A DNA stretch of 63,922 nucleotides, counting the filler, from Malassezia furfur (Eukaryota), in NCBI GenBank assembly GCA_052055015.1. It is 3 parts of 3 records of this genome, joined end to end, with 100 filler letters (N's around TTAATTAATTAA, not from the genome) between each part and the next. Parts side by side here need not be neighbours in the genome. Positions count along the whole stretch, not along the records: positions 44,253 to 63,922 come from JBQJIT010000184.1; 2 more parts are not named here. The stretch is one strand, 5' to 3'. Position 1 is the stretch's first letter, and each line of letters begins with the position of its first letter. Below the pieces are notes generated by a model. It was not told the DNA's origin. It saw only the letters and a program-made list of their open reading frames with translations, and searched no databases. Of this stretch, positions 59,009 to 63,922 are shown piece after piece. Both the position numbers and the translations under genes were made by a program.

Positions 59009-60634
59009 TTACTTGCTGAACTGCGACTCGGTGACACCCTTGCCCATGGCGGCCGTCGACGAGACACCACCGGTGACCGTCTTGAGCAGGTTGTCGATGT
59101 AGTCGGCACCACTCCACTTCTGGTGGGTGAGCACATCGCAGCCAATCTCGCGCTCCTTGCGCTGGACGAGCTGGACGTATGCCTTCATACCCTCCTTGGC
59201 GAAGCCCTTGGCGAACTGGTCGCTGATGAACGCGTTCGAGTGGAGACCACCCAGCGTGATGAACTGCCAGACGAAGCCGAGCTTGCCCAGGTCCCAGACG
59301 TAGTCCTGCATCTGCTTCTCCGACAGCTTGGCAGCGTCCCAGTTGAACGAGGGCGAGAGGTTGTAGGCAAGCCACTGGTTGGGGTGCACCGCGCGCACGC
59401 CCTCGGCGAACTCCTTGGCCTGCGCAAGGATGGGCGACTTGGTCTCCATCCAGAGCAGGTCGGCGTACGGCGCAAAGGCCACCGCACGGTTCACGGCGCA
59501 CTGGGTGCCACCGCGGTACTGGTAGTAGCCCTCACGGGTGCGGGGCGCGTCCCAGTCCCAGTAGAAGCCGGCCCGCTCGTCGATGCCGTAGTTGCGGGCG
59601 AGCGCACGGGCCTGCGAGTTGGAGAGCTTGGCAGCAGCGTCGCGGAACTCCTTCTGGACCTGCTCCGACTTGCCGTTCTTCGCCATGAAGTCCACAACGG
59701 CGTCAGCGAAGAGGCAGAGGCCGGCCTTGGCGGTCCACTCGTCCTCCACAGCCTGGAGCGCATCGCCCGTCTTGCCGGCGCGCTCCGCGGCGTTCATCAC
59801 GTCCACGAGCGGCTGCTGGCTGGCGTTGGTGGTACCAAGGATGAAGGGGTGGTCGCGCTCGTCGACGTTGGTCGTAATCAGCGTCGCGGCCTCCGAGTCG
59901 GTACGTGCCACAACGAGGTTGTCGACGCCCATGATGTCGAACTGGAGGCGGATCGCCACCAGACGGTTGATGTGCTCCGAGATGGGCACCAGCACCTTGC
60001 CGGCCATGTGGCCACACTTCTTGGTACCCGGGGCCTGGTCCTCGATGTGGATACCAGCAGCACCCTTCTCGACAAACATCTTGGCGAGCTTCATCACGGC
60101 CGTCAGACCACCGTGACCCGTGTCGGCATCCGCCACAATCGGGCGCAGGTAGTCGACGTAGGGCGTCTTGGCGCGCTCCTCGGGCGTCATGCGGCAGCGA
60201 GCCTCGTGCTGCTTGCGGTCGTGGAAGAGCTGCGCCATGAACAGGTGCTCGACCTTGTTCGGCACCGTGTTCGACGGGTAGTCAGCCAGATCAGGGCCGG
60301 GCTCGTTGGTCGAGCTGGCCGTGCTCGAGCTCTGCCAGCCGGACACGTAGACGGTCTCGAGGTACTTGGCCATCTGCGTGACCTGGACGGGGTCGAGCGC
60401 ACCGTAGGTGTGCGAGGTGGTGCCCTCCTTGGCGTGCTTCTCGAGCAGGGCCCACATCTTCTTGGCCATCAGGTTCGAGGTGTACTCGGGCTGGATGGTG
60501 CCACGCTTGCTCACCACCTGCTCGGCGGTGTAGGGGCGGGTAACGCGAGCAAAGCGCGGCTCTTGCCACCAGCGCTTCACCTGCTCCACGTCCCTCTGGA
60601 AGAGGGCCTCTTCATTTTTGGGATCAAACGACAT
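59009..60634 (-). CDS. ICL1: Isocitrate lyase
   Basis: [20 protein letters not shown] catalytic motif, [24 protein letters not shown] about 50 nt upstream on the minus strand. Confidence 0.97.
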   Translation of the reverse strand: MSFDPKNEEALFQRDVEQVKRWWQEPRFARVTRPYTAEQVVSKRGTIQPEYTSNLMAKKMWALLEKHAKEGTTSHTYGALDPVQVTQMAKYLETVYVSGWQSSSTASSTNEPGPDLADYPSNTVPNKVEHLFMAQLFHDRKQHEARCRMTPEERAKTPYVDYLRPIVADADTGHGGLTAVMKLAKMFVEKGAAGIHIEDQAPGTKKCGHMAGKVLVPISEHINRLVAIRLQFDIMGVDNLVVARTDSEAATLITTNVDERDHPFILGTTNASQQPLVDVMNAAERAGKTGDALQAVEDEWTAKAGLCLFADAVVDFMAKNGKSEQVQKEFRDAAAKLSNSQARALARNYGIDERAGFYWDWDAPRTREGYYQYRGGTQCAVNRAVAFAPYADLLWMETKSPILAQAKEFAEGVRAVHPNQWLAYNLSPSFNWDAAKLSEKQMQDYVWDLGKLGFVWQFITLGGLHSNAFISDQFAKGFAKEGMKAYVQLVQRKEREIGCDVLTHQKWSGADYIDNLLKTVTGGVSSTAAMGKGVTESQFSK

Positions 60635-60889
60635 GTTGGTAACGAACTAAGAAAGTTCCTGATCCCCGTGGGGGCCCGAATGTGGTTATATATGTGTGCC
60701 ACCGATTCCGTCATCTTCTTTCCCCCGGAGGTGCCTGCACCGTTGTACTCCGCTCGGCACAAATGCACCAATCGTAACGGTGCGCAGGCGTAGCCGTGCC
60801 GGCCCCCGCATTCGCACGTGACTCATATCCGGGCACGATCTAACCGGAGATAATTTGTCGTGCAGCAGACGCACGCGGTGCAGTGCGTA

Positions 60890-61789
60890 ATGGGCATGTT
60901 GCGGGGCAGAGGACGGGGGCGTGGCCACGCGCCACGCCGCGGATTTCGTGTGGATCGATACGTGCGCGAGTTCCCCGAACCGGCGCCCAGCAGTGGCGAC
61001 GAACTACATTCGAGGAGCGAGAATAATACCGCGTCCAGCGACGCGTCCAGCGATGAGGATGCAAGTGACGCAAGTGACGCGAGTGACGCGAGTGACTCGA
61101 GTGACGCGAGTGACGCGAGTGACGCAAGCGATGCGGACGCTGTGCTAGGCGCTGCCGAAGACCTTACAACGCGCGTGCCGGTCGCCATGTGGGATTTCCA
61201 GCATTGCGATCCACGCCGCTGCAGCGGCAAAAAACTGGCGCGTCACGGCCTGATCAAGGAGCTGCGCGTCGGCCAGCGGTTCCGTGGAATCGTGCTCACC
61301 CCGCGCGCGACGCAGGTGCTCTCGCCTGCGGATGCACCCATCGTGCACGAGCACGGCGTCGCGGTCGTCGAATGCAGCTGGGCGCGGCTAGACGAGATTC
61401 CGTTTGGCAAGATCAAGAGCCCGCACGAGCGGCTGCTTCCGCGGCTGATGGCGACGAACCCCGTCAACTATGGGAAGCCGTTCAAGCTGAACTGCGTCGA
61501 GGCGCTCGCGGCCGCCTTCTATATCTGCAATGCTAAGCCGCTCGGTGACGAGCTGCTTGCAAAGTTTGCGTGGGGTGAAAACTTTCCGCGCCTCAACCTC
61601 GCCTACTTTGCGCGCTACCGTACGTGCGCAGACGCGGAGGAGATCCAAAAAGCGGCCGCAGAATTCGAAGCCGCAGTTGCGGCCGAGCGCCTTGCGCGCG
61701 ATATGGAGAAGACGCGGCTGGGTGGCTACGGTGCCATTGCGCTCCCGTCGTCCGACGAAGAGGATGATGAGGAAGAGACTGACGCGTGA
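60890..61789 (+). CDS. TSR3: 18S rRNA aminocarboxypropyltransferase
   Basis: MWDFQHCDPRRCSGKKL, VECSW, ERLLPRLMATNPVNYGKP.KLNCVEA. Start codon uncertain. Confidence 0.93.
   Translation: MGMLRGRGRGRGHAPRRGFRVDRYVREFPEPAPSSGDELHSRSENNTASSDASSDEDASDASDASDASDSSDASDASDASDADAVLGAAEDLTTRVPVAMWDFQHCDPRRCSGKKLARHGLIKELRVGQRFRGIVLTPRATQVLSPADAPIVHEHGVAVVECSWARLDEIPFGKIKSPHERLLPRLMATNPVNYGKPFKLNCVEALAAAFYICNAKPLGDELLAKFAWGENFPRLNLAYFARYRTCADAEEIQKAAAEFEAAVAAERLARDMEKTRLGGYGAIALPSSDEEDDEEETDA
61058..61135 (+). repeat. Coding 9-bp tandem repeat (Asp-Ala-Ser)
   Basis: About 8 copies of GACGC(A/G)AGT in the TSR3 N-terminal region. Confidence 0.85.
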
Positions 61790-62294
61790 TGAGCTAGCTG
61801 CGTCGCGCGCTCCATGCCACGTATGCCATGGGGTGTTCCCCATCGCATCGGCTGCCCGTCGCGTGCCGCGCCGCGTCGCGCACGTCTCTGCGCACGCGCC
61901 CGATGCGACGCACCAGTTGGAAGGACTGGTAGGCTCGCCTTCTGCAGGCAGGATTCCCAAAAACCCTATCGGACCAATCATATGCATAGATATCCCAAAC
62001 GCATGCACGATGTGCATAGGCTCTGGCTGCGTCGGCGTGTCCGTGGACCTGGTCGCGGACCGCGCATGGACGCCTAGCCAAAACCACGGCACCCATCGTG
62101 TACGCTTTCCTGCGCGCTTCCTGTGTGCGTGTCCGCTCTGGTCGCTTGCCCACGCGCGGTTCCAACTGTTTGTGGGCACACCGTACGCTCCGACACCCTA
62201 TCGCGTGTGCACGAAGTACGGACTGTGTCGTACGCGTGTTTCGTGGACTCGCTAACCCGAACGTCGGTCCCGTGTTGCGTGTGGATTGTTTGGC

Positions 62295-63922
62295 ATGACC
62301 ACGCGCGTCGCACCCAATAGCGCACCGAGCACGCCTGCGAGCAGCTCACCCTCTCTCCCGTCCTCGTCTCGACCCCCGAGCGGTGCCGGCCAGCGCTCGG
62401 TCTTCCGTGGCGCCGGTATGGGGATGACCCCCTTCGCCTCCTCTTCGTCTGCTCGCACGCGCCCCGGCCCGGGATCGCGCGCGGCGTCATCGACCTCGCT
62501 GCGCAACAAGGGGTCGCTCTCGCAGCTGAACCCGGCGAGTGCCTCGCAGAACGCCGAGGCGACTGCCAACGGGCGGCCGCCGGCACAGCCGGCGCAGGGC
62601 CGCCGACGCCGCTACAACGATACGCGCGATCTTGATGTGATTGCGCAGGAAATCCGGGCGGAGAACCGCGCGATGCGCTCTCGCGCCGCGAGTGGCGCGA
62701 CGACGCCGATGCGGTTCGGCTCGATGTCGACCGAGTCGCTCGTCGCGCCCGATGCGCTGCGCAACTACGGCGTAGGCGGCAGCATGCCCCCCTCGCCGTA
62801 TGCCATGTCGCCGCTCAACCAGAGCCAGACGAGTCTGCGCAACGGGTTTGCATCGACTCCGTCGCTGCACACGCTGCCGGCGCGCCCGGGTGCCAATGAC
62901 TCGTCGCTCTCGTTGTCGCTCTTCCAGGCCTTCCAAAGCAGCGTGAATCCGAGTGAGTCGGCGTCGCGCCGCCTCAACTTGCCGCAGGGTATGGACATTG
63001 GCTACGGCGACAATCCGTACCCCCTCATGATGCGCAACCGCGCCGATGTCGACATGATGCCGCCGCTTGCGTCCGATGCGAGCAGCGTGCGTAGCCAGAG
63101 CATGCTCGCATCGCCCGACGGACGCCCCGCGGCCGGCGACCCGAGCGCGATCGGGACGCCTGGCACTTCGTCGCCGAGCACCCCGGCGCTCGTGATGTCG
63201 ATGAAAGACCCCAACGCCCAGCGCGACCCCCGCGTGCCCTCGACGCGCCGCTCGTTCCTCCGCGGGCTTCGCAAGGGCGGCGATTCCGGCAAGTCGCGCA
63301 TCAATTTGGCTCGCAGTCTGCCGACGCGCGAGAGCTGGGAGAGTCCGGGTGCGTCGCCCACCTCGCCGACGGCCCCGACGGCCCCGGGCGCCGCAAGCGT
63401 GCCGGGAGCCCCGAGCGCCGACGCGCAGGCGAAGGGCGTATCGGCGGCACCGTCTTCCATGCCGCCGCGCAGCGCTGTGCCGTCGCGCGCGTCGATGATG
63501 TCGGCCACGTCAGGCACGCCGTCGCTGCACACCGCCGCTTCGCACGCGTCGATGGCGCCCTCTGCCGCGCACCCTGCGAATGGCCCACCCTCGGGGGCCG
63601 GCTCGCCACAAGGCTCGGCACCGCCGACGCAGAGCACCTCGCCCCGTCTGGGCCCCAGCCCACTGATAATGTCGCAGCCGCCGACGCCCACGACGGCAAC
63701 GGCGCCGGCGTCTGCGCCGACGGCGACGGCGACGACGACGACGGCAACAACGACGGCAACAACGACGTCTATGCCCCCGCCAAAAGCACCGTCGCCCGCT
63801 GCACCGTCCACGGCAAATCCCACGTCGGCCAACTCCGTGGACGCCGCCCGTGGGCCCGCGGCGGCCCCTGCCTCTTCGGGCGGAGCGCCGCGTGCGCGAG
63901 GACCGTGTGGACGGCGTAGCGT
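62295..63922 (+). CDS. Ser/Pro/Ala/Thr-rich low-complexity protein, open at window end
   Basis: ATG 62295 (MTTRVAPNSAP...). The frame reads open as far as I translated it (RYNDTRDLDVIAQEIRAE...). It is absent from the ORF track, presumably because no stop lies inside the window. Confidence 0.65.
   Translation, partial: MTTRVAPNSAPSTPASSSPSLPSSSRPPSGAGQRSVFRGAGMGMTPFASSSSARTRPGPGSRAASSTSLRNKGSLSQLNPASASQNAEATANGRPPAQPAQGRRRRYNDTRDLDVIAQEIRAENRAMRSRAASGATTPMRFGSMSTESLVAPDALRNYGVGGSMPPSPYAMSPLNQSQTSLRNGFASTPSLHTLPARPGANDSSLSLSLFQAFQSSVNPSESASRRLNLPQGMDIGYGDNPYPLMMRNRADVDMMPPLASDASSVRSQSMLASPDGRPAAGDPSAIGTPGTSSPSTPALVMSMKDPNAQRDPRVPSTRRSFLRGLRKGGDSGKSRINLARSLPTRESWESPGASPTSPTAPTAPGAASVPGAPSADAQAKGVSAAPSSMPPRSAVPSRASMMSATSGTPSLHTAASHASMAPSAAHPANGPPSGAGSPQGSAPPTQSTSPRLGPSPLIMSQPPTPTTATAPASAPTATATTTTATTTATTTSMPPPKAPSPAAPSTANPTSANSVDAARGPAAAPASSGGAPRARGPCGRRS

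Noticed and set aside
55448..60634. PEX11-ICL1 proximity as a fatty-acid utilisation cluster
   Set aside because: Separated by two unrelated mitochondrial genes, and no shared upstream motif was recognised.
59123..60793. Long antisense ORFs opposite ICL1, and likewise 39210-41477, 53119-54987, 51377-52804 and 48309-49217
   Set aside because: Shadow ORFs expected from strong GC3 codon bias; translations lack recognisable motifs.

Overview
GC-rich, extremely compact eukaryotic (fungal) DNA. The gene content, GTACGT...CTRAC...YAG introns and tiny intergenic spaces fit a Malassezia-like basidiomycete yeast; this is an inference. The window is a scaffold of three contigs joined by two artificial N44-TTAATTAATTAA-N44 spacers, with one further 62-N gap inside a coding repeat. 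I can support about 42 protein genes, mostly housekeeping: Slt2-type MAPK, TFA2, TDP1, POP1, Nup82, ARMC8, PSD1, NOP58, POL12, TFC1, YRB1, EMP24, DRE2, RPS5, COX11, CBF5, RPL22, SPB1, eIF3b, PEX11, ICL1, TSR3 and others. There is also a lower-GC block with a secreted S28 peptidase and two tandem alpha/beta-hydrolases. No tRNA, rRNA, transposon or CRISPR array was seen. The most striking signal is intron miniaturisation: of 58 introns reconstructed by hand, 45 are 21-26 nt, nine are exactly 21 nt and none is shorter. Other points are an 81-aa gene hidden by two 21-nt introns, an operon-like run of co-directional genes 17-18 nt apart, 46-53 nt divergent promoters, recurrent CACGTG motifs, a possible divergent HSP20-like protein with a heat-shock element, and an in-frame TAG in a RIM15-like gene. 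All family calls are from motif recognition, not database searches.
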